From positions 1 through 64,000 of IMG/VR virus record IMGVR_UViG_3300021197_001279: a DNA stretch of 64,000 bases, one strand, 5' to 3'. Source of the DNA: a virus. The notes beneath the pieces are model-generated. The model saw nothing but the letters and a program-made list of their open reading frames with translations, had not been told where the DNA came from and ran no database searches. Position 1 is the stretch's first letter; each line of letters begins with the position of its first letter. The position numbers were made by a program, and so were the translations under genes. Positions 48,401-56,444 of the stretch are shown here, in pieces.

Positions 48401-48641
48401 GGTTACCAAGAATAAGATAAGTTGGTGCAATGTCAGCCAAGTTTTTAAGAAAGTCAGAGCATAGTTCAAAATACTCTGGGGATAGTTGCGTTTTAGTATG
48501 GGCAATGTCTCCAGTGTGAATGATGTAATCTGGTTGTTCTCTTTCAAGAGATTCGTAAATCTGTTTGAAAACTATTTTGTATTCTTCTTGATACTTTACA
48601 TTTCGAATGTGCGTATCACTAATGTGAGCAAATCTAGTCAT
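45486..48641 (-). CDS. Fused Mre11/SbcD nuclease - Rad50/SbcC ATPase (gp47+gp46 equivalent)
   Basis: Phosphoesterase motifs DTH, GD, GNHD, GDIH; Walker A GKNYSGKS; coiled coil with CRFC zinc hook; signature-like MGSGAE; Walker B FILDEP; ISH. Confidence 0.9.
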   Translation of the reverse strand: MTRFAHISDTHIRNVKYQEEYKIVFKQIYESLEREQPDYIIHTGDIAHTKTQLSPEYFELCSDFLKNLADIAPTYLILGNHDGNLKNDNRQDAITPIIETLGHPNLHLLKNSGETRLGKKITLNVLSVFDRDNWMAPSSKSRINIALYHGAIRGCKISDGFTLESGEDSINIFDEFDYAMLGDIHRKQKLDEEGRIWYAGSTVQQNFGESLLKGYLLWDIRGKKKFKVEPRLFMSPRPFVTVQINQDGTLPKADVPRNARLRLVSHYNLPLAKLRRACDYARTKWSAYTVNFVNKAGYSGLGLDGDNPDSKIINMRDPNTQEKYIKEFLGDKEITDDVLDRIIELNSNYNKQIETSEDISRNIIWKLRKMKWNNLFNYGEKNELDFTKLNGLVGIFGKNYSGKSSIIDSVLFGMFNTTSKTERKNVHLINQNKDRARVQLEIGVGNDTFKITRSLESYEKKSKGTVTKEAKTDLDFTKYALGTMAESKNGTTRNETDLNIRRAFGTFEDFMITSMSSQLDSLGFINEGSTKRKEILAKFLDLQMFEEKHKLAKKDSAELKGIIKHLSTIDWHKKLVHGQEALEEILEEIAQQSGLCEKLKARIKELEEESDLIEDQLRSVEDGWIDITQIETDLEEKTREKSNLVGKIKLMGISRTEFQTKLEDVVSKIDPEELSRLDVLVQKHKELLYEHEQMTLDLRPKETKLRNLNKKIAMLHDHEYDPNCRFCSDNKFVKDANKAKADAPAIEAQISNLQDEIAFLESEMEALDFDTITQQREQLVSFEEQKSDFEAKIQKITTQIQMWQATKQLVKSEIRELRKKKDHYYENQEAFDNIDSLKRDVRSVRAMIENKTRDLTRCEKKTMGLVSEEGATRQQIKEAEAKLAEIQTYERDYIAYDLFIQAMHPNGVSYRVIRSMLSVINSEIAKILNSIVDFEVFFDNVGSKLEIYIKHPKYDPRPLSMGSGAEKTIASMAIRLGLISITNLPKSELFILDEPATALDAEHMDGFIRLLQMIKSQFKTVLLISHLETLKDVVDMTIDIQKKDGYAHVQI

Positions 48642-48676
48642 TGTTCCTCCTACGTATAGATTCGATATCCTCGGGA

Positions 48677-48683
48677 CTATTTA
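48677..48683 (+). promoter_or_regulatory. Putative late promoter motif CTATTTA in plus orientation
   Basis: Same motif on the opposite strand, about 22 nt upstream of the ATG at 48706. Confidence 0.5.
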
Positions 48684-48705
48684 CAAATACCGGGGGGCCT
48701 CATGA

Positions 48706-48873
48706 ATGAACTGGGCGGTTGTTATACTGTTTATTGTAATGTCAATTTTCACATCTGAACTCGTGGATTCTGTGAGGAATCGTCGTAAGTTTGACCTTGC
48801 AGATCAGTATGTAACTGCACCATTTCTTGGCATTATTTTCCTTGCTGCTTTACTAAGCGGACTCCTCCTCTAG
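48706..48873 (+). CDS. 55-aa two-TM membrane protein on the plus strand, absent from the ORF track
   Basis: MNWAVVILFIVMSIFTSELVDSVRNRRKFDLADQYVTAPFLGIIFLAALLSGLLL; G6 SD-like run at 48692-48697; fills an otherwise empty gap. Confidence 0.65.
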   Translation: MNWAVVILFIVMSIFTSELVDSVRNRRKFDLADQYVTAPFLGIIFLAALLSGLLL

Positions 48874-49068
48874 GCCGTCTAGGGGAATCTTCAACTCCTC
48901 TAGAGCCGACATGGCAGCCTCCATGTCATCATAGCCATCTCTAATGAAGCCATAATAAAGGGCTTCAACATCATCTGTTAAATTATAGTTATCTGCGTGT
49001 CGCTCGGCTGCTTCTAGCCATGTTTCGTCTTCATCGCGATAAAATGGAATAAAAATATCTTTGCTCAT
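48853..49068 (-). CDS. Small acidic hypothetical protein
   Basis: 71 aa; AAGGAG SD; ATGA overlap with the thioredoxin stop. Confidence 0.7.
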   Translation of the reverse strand: MSKDIFIPFYRDEDETWLEAAERHADNYNLTDDVEALYYGFIRDGYDDMEAAMSALEELKIPLDGLEEESA

Positions 49069-49385
49069 GAGTTCTCCTTATTTGTATTAATAAAACTGTT
49101 AATTTCATCTGCACCTCTGGCACCAATAAGTTCTGCCACATCTTCACCGTTAACAAACATAAGCAGTCTTGGCACAGATCTAACGTTATAATTATTAATT
49201 AGTGATCTATCCATTGAGTCAATGTCCACCTTATAAAAATAAACATCTGAATGTTCCGGTGTCACACTAGTCATTGTCCTACTCAATACTTTGCACGGTT
49301 GGCACCATCCGGCTGAAAACTGTATTATAACGTTTCCTGCGGATGTTAACTCTTCAAATTTCTCTCTATTGTCTATAATTTGCAT
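49065..49385 (-). CDS. trxA: Thioredoxin
   Basis: 'FSAGWCQPCK' active site, 'VRSVP' cis-Pro, 106 aa. Confidence 0.9.
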   Translation of the reverse strand: MQIIDNREKFEELTSAGNVIIQFSAGWCQPCKVLSRTMTSVTPEHSDVYFYKVDIDSMDRSLINNYNVRSVPRLLMFVNGEDVAELIGARGADEINSFINTNKENS

Positions 49386-49408
49386 TTTTCTTCCTTTGTT
49401 GATTTATG

Positions 49409-49491
49409 TGGGATTGGGGGGACTTGAACCCCCACGCTCAATGAGCATAGCATTTTAAGTGCCATGTGTCTACCTATTCCACCACAATCCC
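49409..49491 (-). tRNA. tRNA-Leu (anticodon UAA), CCA not encoded
   Basis: GGGATTG/CAATCCC acceptor stem, D-arm with GGTAGAC, anticodon arm TGGCA-CTTAAAA-TGCTA, long variable arm GCTCATTGAGC, T-arm GGGGG-TTCAAGT-CCCCC. Confidence 0.95.
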
Positions 49492-49499
49492 ATAATTTT

Positions 49500-49527
49500 A
49501 ATGTAACATGTTCACAAAATTTGTCAA
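49500..49527 (-). promoter_or_regulatory. sigma70-type promoter for tRNA-Leu/thioredoxin
   Basis: TTGACA, 16-nt spacer, TACATT with extended TG, just upstream of the tRNA. Confidence 0.55.
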
Positions 49528-50462
49528 ATACTATTGAGCATTTTTTCTAAAAAATACATTTCATTATCTATCGGTACTGATAACTTTAATTTGTCTCGAA
49601 ATGTTTCTGGACTCATTGAGCCGATGTCCTCGTAATCATCAATTGGAACCTTATGAATTTCAACATCGTATTGAAGCATCGACATAATAATCCACTTTGC
49701 TTTCTTTTCAGCATCCGGGTCTAAGGCAAGATACACAGGAGTATCATGAGCAGCGATTGCTTGAAACAGTAATGACTCAGGTCGCAGTGTTGAACCAAGA
49801 ATAGGGATGGAATTCTCACCAGCAACAATAGCATCAAATGCACCTTCAACAAGAACCAGTGGCTCATCCCAATCAACGCTCAATTCATTAAAGATAATAT
49901 CTCTGCCACAAGGCGGATTAAGATACCTACGGTTATGCCCAACATAAGAGCGAGCGATAAAATAGTTAACGTCCCCATCTGAATTAAACGATGGGATAAT
50001 GACCCTTCCGCTGTATCTTCCTTTCTCACAGTATCCGATTTTCCATTTAAGGATCTCATTTCTTTCTATACCTCGATTACGTAAATAGTCTAAAGCACGT
50101 TTTGAACCCAAAGGTAGGTGCTTATTGCATAAAGAGACAAACTCAGGAGGAAGATCAATCACTTGCCTTTCTATAACATCGTTCATTTCGTTTAAGATTT
50201 TATCAAACTCAGACAGGTCCATTCGACCAATCAGTTCTAGATACTGTTGTCGTTGCTTGTAATTGCCAAACTTGCGGACAAGACGATAGATGTTCTTGCC
50301 ACGCTGATCACATACCCAGCACTTGAAAGCGTTCAGTGAAAAGTTAACTGACATCTTTTTCTTGTGATGACCACAGTATGGACAGTGAAAGAGAAATTCA
50401 TCATTGGATCTTCTATAAGACCCTAGAACTTCTGTTAAAATTTTAAGTTTGTTGTGTTGCAT
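49524..50462 (-). CDS. DnaG-type DNA primase
   Basis: Zn-binding CPYC...CWVC; 'YLRNRG'; 'RVIIP'; TOPRIM 'VEGAFD' and 'LDPDA'. Confidence 0.9.
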   Translation of the reverse strand: MQHNKLKILTEVLGSYRRSNDEFLFHCPYCGHHKKKMSVNFSLNAFKCWVCDQRGKNIYRLVRKFGNYKQRQQYLELIGRMDLSEFDKILNEMNDVIERQVIDLPPEFVSLCNKHLPLGSKRALDYLRNRGIERNEILKWKIGYCEKGRYSGRVIIPSFNSDGDVNYFIARSYVGHNRRYLNPPCGRDIIFNELSVDWDEPLVLVEGAFDAIVAGENSIPILGSTLRPESLLFQAIAAHDTPVYLALDPDAEKKAKWIIMSMLQYDVEIHKVPIDDYEDIGSMSPETFRDKLKLSVPIDNEMYFLEKMLNSI

Positions 50463-50478
50463 TTTTACCCCTCATGAA

Positions 50479-50507
50479 AACCTATCACGGCGAGGCAAAG
50501 TTGTCAA
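50479..50507 (-). promoter_or_regulatory. sigma70-type promoter for the primase
   Basis: TTGACA, 17-nt spacer, TAGGTT with extended TG, followed by a GAGGGG SD. Confidence 0.55.
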
Positions 50508-50517
50508 GTATTTTTGG

Positions 50518-51021
50518 TTAAATTCCTGAGAGGGCAACAATAACAGAGTCAGCCATGTCGTCTGTTCCGGGTCTTGGGTTACCGTGTCGTGTTAGTTCTA
50601 CAACAAAATCATTAGGGTATTCGTTAGCAACCCATTCAATGATCATTTTCTTGGTATCGTCTCCACGCTTGATCTTAAGTCCAACTTTCTTTCTGGCTGA
50701 TGATGCGTTGACAAGTTCGGCTTCCATCTCAAAAACAATTGGTACCAAGATAGAAATCATACCATTAAATCGTTGAAGCTTGCTCATGGTCATGGCAGTT
50801 GTCTTCCCGCCAGAGAAAGCCATGAAAGGTGCTTCAATTACAACTTTATTTATATTATAATTATTATTTATATTATTTAATATATCATAAAACTCTAATG
50901 CTCTTGTCTCTAAAGAAACAGAGGATTTAAATTTTTTAAATTGACACATAAGAAGTTTTTTGTCTTGATCAATTATTGAGTAGCCGATCTTACTGCTACT
51001 TACATCTAAACCTAAAATCAT
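50518..51021 (-). CDS. RuvC-like Holliday junction resolvase
   Basis: 'ILGLDVSS...G', 'VVIEAP', 'DDMADS..VA' acidic catalytic pattern. Confidence 0.85.
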   Translation of the reverse strand: MILGLDVSSSKIGYSIIDQDKKLLMCQFKKFKSSVSLETRALEFYDILNNINNNYNINKVVIEAPFMAFSGGKTTAMTMSKLQRFNGMISILVPIVFEMEAELVNASSARKKVGLKIKRGDDTKKMIIEWVANEYPNDFVVELTRHGNPRPGTDDMADSVIVALSGI

Positions 51022-51197
51022 TTGTTACTCTTTAGCAATTGCTCTTCAAGGTCTCTAATCTCTTTCATTAACCTTGAGTATTCTCTAATGTTTCCATTTC
51101 TTTGAAACTCAATGGACTGCTCGTACTTCTTGTCGATCTGGGATCTTATCTTTTCATCCTCAGTCGGAAAGAACAAATTATATATAAATTTAAACAT
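51018..51197 (-). CDS. 59-aa DUF6435-like protein, absent from the ORF track
   Basis: MFKFIYNLFFPTEDEKIRSQIDKKYEQSIEFQRNGNIREYSRLMKEIRDLEEQLLKSNK; GAGG SD, own promoter, ATGA overlap with the resolvase. 'QRNG.IR.YS' recalled from DUF6435, not verified. Confidence 0.7.
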   Translation of the reverse strand: MFKFIYNLFFPTEDEKIRSQIDKKYEQSIEFQRNGNIREYSRLMKEIRDLEEQLLKSNK

Positions 51198-51218
51198 AAA
51201 AAACCTCTACTATGTTAA

Positions 51219-51247
51219 ATTATAACACATTTAATCTTAAATGTCAA
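51219..51247 (-). promoter_or_regulatory. Perfect-consensus sigma70 promoter opening the replication/recombination island
   Basis: TTGACA (51247-51242), 17-nt spacer, TATAAT (51224-51219), extended TG. Confidence 0.8.
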
Positions 51248-52424
51248 GCTTTAACTTAAACAAAAACTCTCTATCTTCTGTTTTTCTAACAGGGGTTGCA
51301 AGTTTGGCATAACCAATCAGATTCTTCTCATCATCATACAAGGCAACCTTGGAAATGTATGTCTCTTTCCTAAACGGCGGAGTAGAGCCTGTAAATGGCG
51401 AATGCACAACGTTTGCTATCTCCATGCTAGGTTCGGTATACATGTAAGAGGAGGTTGCTTTCGTTGCAAATCTCCTAGAAGCATTGGTATCTTTCAAGTA
51501 TGTTGGGTTGTTTGAATGGTTAAGTTCATTATATGGCGCCTTAGCTAGCATAGTTAATGTTTGAATGTCATTGGTACCTTGAAATTCAATGGCGCACGAA
51601 GCAGATAAAGTTGTCAATGCAACATTAGCCGGTGTTAGGCCGTCGTTAGCACCTCGGCCAAAGTAAATCCATCGAGGACTACCGTTCGTTGAATTGTCAA
51701 TTAAGTTCCCAATCACTGCTGGTCCAAGATCAGTTGATCCCGTTAGTAGAATAATTCCTTCGTTGTAAAGTATGGAACCCACAACCCCACCGGTAGTTGA
51801 ACCAGAAACTTGAACTAGATCACCATTAAAACGAGAGTCAGATGCTTGCGCTGCAAGTGTCCCAGATACATACCATTTAAGATTAACAGTACCTTTCTTA
51901 ATCGATGAGCCGTAGAAGATACTTGGTATGGTAATCATGTTTACAGCATCAGTGTTCGAACTTGGTGTGGAATAGTAAGTCTCAAAATCATAGCGCGGAG
52001 AAAGATAGGCATAATGATTGACGGTATTCTTAAGGGCCTGTAGTCTGCGAAAGTCTGTGCCCGTTGTGCTATTTACAAAATACCTTGTGATGGAGGCTGA
52101 TAGGTTGTAGCTTGATGTTATTTCTTCTCCACCGTACCCGTATTGCGTGTTCCAATCCTTCTTACTTATTGTCTTGAACGTATTTTTAAAGCCATCCTTG
52201 ACAACAAACGGATAAATTGTTTGCGCAGTGGGCCTATTAATGTTATACTCATAAAGTGAAATAAAACCTACGGGCACCCCTTTAATGTTATCAAAGTGTG
52301 TACCAGAGATGTTTGTTTCGTTATTGATGTATACAGAGCCACTTTGAATGTAGAATTCTACATTCGGGTATGTCTTTATTGTATTGACGAAAAGATCGTC
52401 TTCTGTAAATTTGTAGTATGACAT
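51237..52424 (-). CDS. Baseplate/tail-collar-like virion protein
   Basis: C-terminal 'YISKVALYDDEKNLIGYAKLATPVRK....FLFKLKLDI'; paralogous to 52431-53549. Confidence 0.65.
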   Translation of the reverse strand: MSYYKFTEDDLFVNTIKTYPNVEFYIQSGSVYINNETNISGTHFDNIKGVPVGFISLYEYNINRPTAQTIYPFVVKDGFKNTFKTISKKDWNTQYGYGGEEITSSYNLSASITRYFVNSTTGTDFRRLQALKNTVNHYAYLSPRYDFETYYSTPSSNTDAVNMITIPSIFYGSSIKKGTVNLKWYVSGTLAAQASDSRFNGDLVQVSGSTTGGVVGSILYNEGIILLTGSTDLGPAVIGNLIDNSTNGSPRWIYFGRGANDGLTPANVALTTLSASCAIEFQGTNDIQTLTMLAKAPYNELNHSNNPTYLKDTNASRRFATKATSSYMYTEPSMEIANVVHSPFTGSTPPFRKETYISKVALYDDEKNLIGYAKLATPVRKTEDREFLFKLKLDI

Positions 52425-52430
52425 AACATT

Positions 52431-53549
52431 TTAGTAATCCAATCTGGCCCGGATGGTAAATTCTGTATCTGGTGATTTCTTCAGAGGTTCTGATAGTTTG
52501 GCAGTCGCCATCAACTCATTGTTGTCGTTGTAAAGCCCAACAGTAGTAATGTATGCTACAGGGTTGTCAGTAGACTGTGACTTGACACGAATTTTTGAAG
52601 AGTCAACATAAGTTGGGTTTGAACTATAGTTGAATTCATTGTGATTTGCGCGACAGAAGTAAACAGTTGAATTTAACTCAGTTGTGTTATTAAATTGCAT
52701 GTTGTAAATTCTACTTCTGATTGCATCGGCAGATGATGAAATCTCAGAACCAGACAGGAATTGAAAACCTGTTACTCCGCTGGTAGCAGAGAAGGCTGTG
52801 CTGTTTAAGGAATTATTTAAGATACCGGCATCAGCCTGATCGTTAAATACAGAACCTGAAATGACAGCGATTCCTGCTTGATAAAAGATCAAACCAACGG
52901 AAAAACGATTGTTGTTCTTTAACTGTTGTCCGTTTGAAACAGATGCAGTTGCAGACAAGATTCCATATTCTCCAGCAGGTGAATTGACAAGATAACTTGG
53001 TGATGCTAAAGAAGCACTGTAATCTGTAATTTTAATTCTGTTATTAAAGTTTGTACCAGTGTGAGTGAAAACATCATCAATACCAAGTTCTAATTCAAAC
53101 GTTCCTTTTTTAATTTCATCCTTGTTAAGGAGTCTTGAAAAATTAATAAAGAAAACACTGTCTAATTTTGTTCCACCGTCAAGTAGGTTTCCGTCCTCAT
53201 CAAAAGCAAGAATAGAACCGGTTGCATCATAACCCATAAGAACCTGAGCCATCTGGTTGTAGATGTTCTTTTTCTTAGTTACTTGTACTGTGGTGTCATC
53301 AAAAAGCGGAGTATCAACACGCAAACCAAAAGTAATATCAAAAATATGGTTCGCCGAAGAACTTAGGTAAGGGTAGTCATAAACTGACTGGAACATTCCG
53401 TGGGTGTAGTTTTTAATGTTTGGCTCAGCACCATAGGTACCTCCAGCACCATACGTACCAGAAATAATTGTTCCAGTTAGTGGGATGGCCTCATGTAGAA
53501 GGGTTCTTGTTGAAACTACATCGTTTTCGTTTAGTGGTTTATACGTCAT
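52431..53549 (-). CDS. Baseplate/tail-collar-like virion protein
   Basis: C-terminal 'NEFNYSSNPT...YITTVGLYNDNNELMATAKLSEPLKK....FTIRARLDY'. Confidence 0.65.
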   Translation of the reverse strand: MTYKPLNENDVVSTRTLLHEAIPLTGTIISGTYGAGGTYGAEPNIKNYTHGMFQSVYDYPYLSSSANHIFDITFGLRVDTPLFDDTTVQVTKKKNIYNQMAQVLMGYDATGSILAFDEDGNLLDGGTKLDSVFFINFSRLLNKDEIKKGTFELELGIDDVFTHTGTNFNNRIKITDYSASLASPSYLVNSPAGEYGILSATASVSNGQQLKNNNRFSVGLIFYQAGIAVISGSVFNDQADAGILNNSLNSTAFSATSGVTGFQFLSGSEISSSADAIRSRIYNMQFNNTTELNSTVYFCRANHNEFNYSSNPTYVDSSKIRVKSQSTDNPVAYITTVGLYNDNNELMATAKLSEPLKKSPDTEFTIRARLDY

Positions 53550-53558
53550 TTTTTATCC

Positions 53559-54509
53559 TTATGCAAGTCTAATGTACCTAACCGGTACGTCTAAAATACT
53601 ACCTGTCTTAACGCCGGTAATTCTAACGTTGGTGTCGATGAAGCGAACACTACTGGTTCCACCACCGCCGGCTGTTCTGTTTGTCAAGGTATCAGTGCCA
53701 CCTAGTTCAGTAAATAGGTATGAACTTGTGTTTGTGTCCATTGAGGACTTGATCTTGAACGATACTCGTGTTCCTCTTGGTCCGCTGATTGCTTCAGTTG
53801 TCACATTACCATCCTCAAGGATCTCGGTTACAAAAGTGTCTCCAAGGTCTACAGTATAATATGCAACATTATCATCATCGATATAATCAGGGGTCGCCTC
53901 GGTGCCTTCGCGATCTGCTAGCTTACCAAGTCTATTATCCATCTGGACAATATAACTAGTTTCTTTCAACTCATCATCAAGCTTTCTCTTTGGAGAAATT
54001 TCTGTAGTGTTAAGGCCTTGGTCAACCTGTATGTAGTTTTCACTAGCAAGAGTCTCGCCTCGGATAAATCCTTGAACAATGGAGCCATCAGCAGCGACAG
54101 CTACACCAGTAGTTGTTGAGGTGCTTCCATCATTATCTTCTGTTTCTGCGTTAACAGCAACCAAAAACGCATTCTTTGTCGCATGTCGCTTGGTGTTATT
54201 GTTTCTTTCGTTAAGAACACAAACAGGCAAAAACAATAACTCAAGATTGTCATAGGTCAGAAGCCTAGTTTTAACGCTAGAAGCGTTGTTTGTGAATGCC
54301 TCTAGAATAGGTGTCTGCAGGATTTCAAGGTCGTAGTATGAACTACCACTAGCATGATTCTTGTTGTAAAGAGAATAATCAATCTCTTCATCTGCAAGAG
54401 CAAATTTTGTGATCTGGAATGAACCATCACCCTTTGCTAAAACTTTTCTTCCGTGGTCTGTGAGCACGACATCTAGAATAATGTCACCGCTGTTGTCTAA
54501 AAAGGCCAT
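53559..54509 (-). CDS. Baseplate-associated virion protein
   Basis: N-terminal 'FLDNSGDIILDVVLTDHGRKVLAKG...FQITKFALADEEIDY'. Confidence 0.6.
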   Translation of the reverse strand: MAFLDNSGDIILDVVLTDHGRKVLAKGDGSFQITKFALADEEIDYSLYNKNHASGSSYYDLEILQTPILEAFTNNASSVKTRLLTYDNLELLFLPVCVLNERNNNTKRHATKNAFLVAVNAETEDNDGSTSTTTGVAVAADGSIVQGFIRGETLASENYIQVDQGLNTTEISPKRKLDDELKETSYIVQMDNRLGKLADREGTEATPDYIDDDNVAYYTVDLGDTFVTEILEDGNVTTEAISGPRGTRVSFKIKSSMDTNTSSYLFTELGGTDTLTNRTAGGGGTSSVRFIDTNVRITGVKTGSILDVPVRYIRLA

Positions 54510-54534
54510 TTAATAACTCCCATTACGTCTTTAA

Positions 54535-54541
54535 TAAATAG
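54535..54541 (-). promoter_or_regulatory. Putative late promoter motif CTATTTA
   Basis: Intergenic, upstream of the GGGAG SD of 53559-54509. Confidence 0.55.
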
Positions 54542-54548
54542 AATTAAC

Positions 54549-56444
54549 TTAGAATTCTTCTTCTGATTTATTTTTCTTCAATTTAAAATTCACATTATAA
54601 TCAATTATTTTACCTGTTGTTGTAGATTTAACTCGTATTTTGAACCTTCTACCCCAAACAGATTCCTGGGCAACACCCAGTTTTAATCGATCAACCGTCC
54701 CCTTATAAGTATCTTTGTTGAACAAAACATTCTGTTGTTCGTCAAATAAAGTTTGCTCAATAACCGGAGTTACTTGAAAAAGGCTCTTGAATGCCTTCGA
54801 CATTTGATAGACATCCGGCTGTGGAAACTCATATTTACTAACCACTACTTTGGCATCATCTGCATCTGTCAACAGTTCTACTTCATAAACAGGTGAAGGA
54901 TTTGATACCAAGTCTTTTTCATTTATCTTACGAAACATGTAGTAATACTTAGTGTTAGGAGCAACCCGATCAGTAAACATTGCATCTTCAGTCTTGAAAG
55001 GTGCGCCAATTTCAATTAATTTCTTGTCCCTAAAGTCATCATAAGATGATGGTGGCATTTTTGTTTTAAAGATCTCGTACAAACCATCTTCTCGGCTTGT
55101 ACTAAATTGAAACAATTGTTGCCCTTCTCGCCTGTTTATTGTCATTTCTTCAAGTTGTCTTTCATCTTCTGGTAAAACAGTGATAAACTCACTCATCATT
55201 CTGCCCTTTGTGGGAGATAAGTAAATGTTTATTTTGTTCTCTGAGTTCATTCTCGTAACAAATCGAACGTCTGGTGGTAGTGACGGAGGCTGGATAACCT
55301 TGATTGTTTGGGTAAACATCTCAAAAGGTACAATCATGACTGTTGGCTTGTTAACTACGTCTACAAGTGCCTCATCCTCTACAAAACGGAGATTGGTGTA
55401 CCGATAACTATTACCTACCAGAATGTAGTGCGCGGTACCTTTGTACGCATAGGTTTCACCATACTTTATTTGCGAATCCATAAATGTTGAGATGTCATCC
55501 TCTGCCGGTATGTAAACCTGTTGTGCCTTGGGGTCCACTGGTACTCCCAAGTATTTGTCTATGCTGTAACAAAAGTCCTCTTTGTAACACTCAGTGTTGG
55601 CCACAATGTCCTTAAAGCTTCTGAAGTTTTTTGACAACTGTCTTACATAAGAAAGAAACAGGGTTTTCTTAAAGGTGTTAATCATCTCAGAATCATCTAT
55701 CTTGTCCTCGGAGTACAAGTCAGACTCAAATGATTCAGAATTAACCCAATTCAATAAACTGTAGATTGGAACTGGTGTGTCTTCTGAGACTGTCTGATTA
55801 TTTTGGACACTAAAGGGAATCTCTACTTTTTCTCCCTCAAGATAATCATTCAGCACTGTATCATACAATCCAACTTTTCTCAGGAAGTTCGTAAAGTCAT
55901 TTGTCACTCTGTTCTTAATAGCAATCTCGTTGTAGTAAGGCTTATCGTCAACCTCTTGATGGCCACCTGGTAAAATCAATCGTGATAAATCAGCGCCCTC
56001 AGGAGCCTGAAAGGCTGGGGGTAGTGCAGCTTCTGGAACTGCAACTGAAATTCTGTCGTATTCTGGGGAGTTAAAATTAAAGTTACTAAACACATCATAG
56101 GTTGCGGCAGTTTTATTTAGTGAAATTGTCTCTACATCAAGGGCGTTTTGAGGAATCTCAAATGTTGTGTAGTGGTCTGTGTAGTCTACATCTAACGTTA
56201 GATTTTGAGAGACTAAGGATCTGACCGAAGTACTCACTTTTGAGGTTAATTTAATTGTCTGAACTTCTGCGATAATTCCATCTTTCTCTTCTATTTTACG
56301 TCCACCGTATTCAAGGTTAAAAAGCCTAGAGTCTATGACTTTAATTCTAGCAGTGCCAAAACCATAATTGTCAACCACTTTGGCAAAACCAGTGGCTACT
56401 TTTAAATTGTCCTGTGTTGATTCGGCTATCTTTACTTTTGGCAT
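54549..56444 (-). CDS. Virion protein with FN3/Ig-like segments
   Basis: 'D..V.PNTKYYYMFR.......SNPS' and 'D..IKYGETYAY' resemble FN3 strands. Confidence 0.5.
   Translation of the reverse strand: MPKVKIAESTQDNLKVATGFAKVVDNYGFGTARIKVIDSRLFNLEYGGRKIEEKDGIIAEVQTIKLTSKVSTSVRSLVSQNLTLDVDYTDHYTTFEIPQNALDVETISLNKTAATYDVFSNFNFNSPEYDRISVAVPEAALPPAFQAPEGADLSRLILPGGHQEVDDKPYYNEIAIKNRVTNDFTNFLRKVGLYDTVLNDYLEGEKVEIPFSVQNNQTVSEDTPVPIYSLLNWVNSESFESDLYSEDKIDDSEMINTFKKTLFLSYVRQLSKNFRSFKDIVANTECYKEDFCYSIDKYLGVPVDPKAQQVYIPAEDDISTFMDSQIKYGETYAYKGTAHYILVGNSYRYTNLRFVEDEALVDVVNKPTVMIVPFEMFTQTIKVIQPPSLPPDVRFVTRMNSENKINIYLSPTKGRMMSEFITVLPEDERQLEEMTINRREGQQLFQFSTSREDGLYEIFKTKMPPSSYDDFRDKKLIEIGAPFKTEDAMFTDRVAPNTKYYYMFRKINEKDLVSNPSPVYEVELLTDADDAKVVVSKYEFPQPDVYQMSKAFKSLFQVTPVIEQTLFDEQQNVLFNKDTYKGTVDRLKLGVAQESVWGRRFKIRVKSTTTGKIIDYNVNFKLKKNKSEEEF

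Noticed and set aside
48642-48852. Possible minus-strand ORF with TGA read-through, or an ncRNA, in this gap
   Set aside because: Better explained by the plus-strand 55-aa membrane gene; I saw no tRNA- or tmRNA-like structure.
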